NCBI GenBank assembly: GCA_022449845.1
Contig: JAKUOE010000005.1
Coordinates: forward strand, 1-34,055
Origin: Candidatus Thalassarchaeum sp.
GTDB taxonomy: Archaea > Thermoplasmatota > Poseidoniia > Poseidoniales > Thalassarchaeaceae
Length of the DNA: 34,055 nucleotides
Direction of reading: 5' to 3'
The number at the start of each line of letters is the position of its first letter. Within the stretch, counting starts at the first letter, position 1. Shown one piece after another: positions 33,239 through 34,055 of this stretch. Made by a program: the position numbers and the translations under genes. The notes beneath the pieces are model-generated. The model was not told the origin of the DNA, made no database searches, and worked only from the letters and a program-made list of their open reading frames with translations.

Positions 33239-34055
33239 ATGCATCAACAGGAAGAACCCTTGGGGGTTCAGCCTGAGCAGCGTGGGCATGAAATCCTCGC
33301 TATGTTCAGGCTGGCCGGAGTCGGCGGTAGCGTCAAGGGCATATTAAGTGAGAAATCGTTCCTTCTGGAACGTCGTGACGGGAAGGGGCTTCGTGTCGAC
33401 ATCGATACGATTCGACGCGTTCGTCACCACCACATTCCGATTACCCCGCAAGGAGTAACTTGGATTGGATTCATCACACTCATTCTCGCAACAAGGGTTC
33501 TGTCTGGAACCATTCAGATCTACGCTCTTGCAGCCGGTGCAATCACGATTTTCACATGGTTAATGGGGCGAAGGCCAACACTTTGTATCGATACGAAGCA
33601 AGGAGATCGACATATTCTCCACGGACCTGACAGTCTTCTATTACGAACACAGATGATGGTGAATCGACTCTGTGAGGGGAAGACATTGGAGGAAGCACGA
33701 GAGGGCCTTGAAGAAATTCAACTTCATCCTAATTTCCCTTCAATCTCACCATTGGAGACGATTAAATTACAATCGGCTGCAATTCAAACTGAGCGTGTGG
33801 AAGATGCGGAAATTCTTCCTGAGATTGGAATCTTCGATGAAGCAGATCTCGAGCAGGCCCTCAAGGCGATGTATCACGGCAGCGCAGGAGAAATTCCAGA
33901 ACCGCAGCCAGCCGAGACTGTAGTTCCAACCAATGCTTTGCCTGCAACTGAAGCATTCGCCACCGACAGCCCCGCTGATCATGCAGGAAGGGGATTGTTG
34001 GATCGAGCGCGAGATTCATTGCAAACAGCTCGTTCCGAGAACGATGAATGGAATC
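33239..34055 (+). CDS. Hypothetical membrane protein, truncated by the window end (absent from the ORF track)
   Basis: Manual translation from ATG 33239 (MHQQEEPLGVQPEQRGHEILAMFRLAG...) is open to 34055; two hydrophobic helices then an acidic Pro-rich region; TATA-like TGTATAAG about 26-33 bp upstream. Confidence 0.8.
   Translation, partial: MHQQEEPLGVQPEQRGHEILAMFRLAGVGGSVKGILSEKSFLLERRDGKGLRVDIDTIRRVRHHHIPITPQGVTWIGFITLILATRVLSGTIQIYALAAGAITIFTWLMGRRPTLCIDTKQGDRHILHGPDSLLLRTQMMVNRLCEGKTLEEAREGLEEIQLHPNFPSISPLETIKLQSAAIQTERVEDAEILPEIGIFDEADLEQALKAMYHGSAGEIPEPQPAETVVPTNALPATEAFATDSPADHAGRGLLDRARDSLQTARSENDEWN

Overview
An archaeal chromosomal segment. It encodes Nop5, fibrillarin, TFS, PCNA, a SelB-like factor and a tRNA-Gly without encoded CCA. 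The gene mix, including bacterial-type MutM and a giant acidic surface protein, most resembles Marine Group II Euryarchaeota (Poseidoniales); that assignment is inference. The main feature is a minus-strand fabI - type I FAS/PKS megasynthase - phosphopantetheinyl transferase cluster (13070-22613). The megasynthase reads KS-AT-(degenerate ACP)-KS-ACP-KR-DH. Both KS domains keep a Cys-His-His triad, and the single intact-looking carrier has Thr instead of Ser at the phosphopantetheine site (LGIDTVKQ). The two megasynthase ORFs are one frame interrupted by a single TAA at 20160-20162. Other notable items: a Tes/GDGT-MAS-family radical SAM gene coupled to an Lgt-like gene, a highly divergent TBP-fold paralog, an NPA-less aquaporin-like protein, a frameshifted fibrillarin, four tandem mini-hairpins upstream of fabI, and a membrane protein with a nested A-A-B-B duplication. 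No CRISPR array, rRNA or mobile element was seen. All calls come from reading motifs by eye; no database searches were run.
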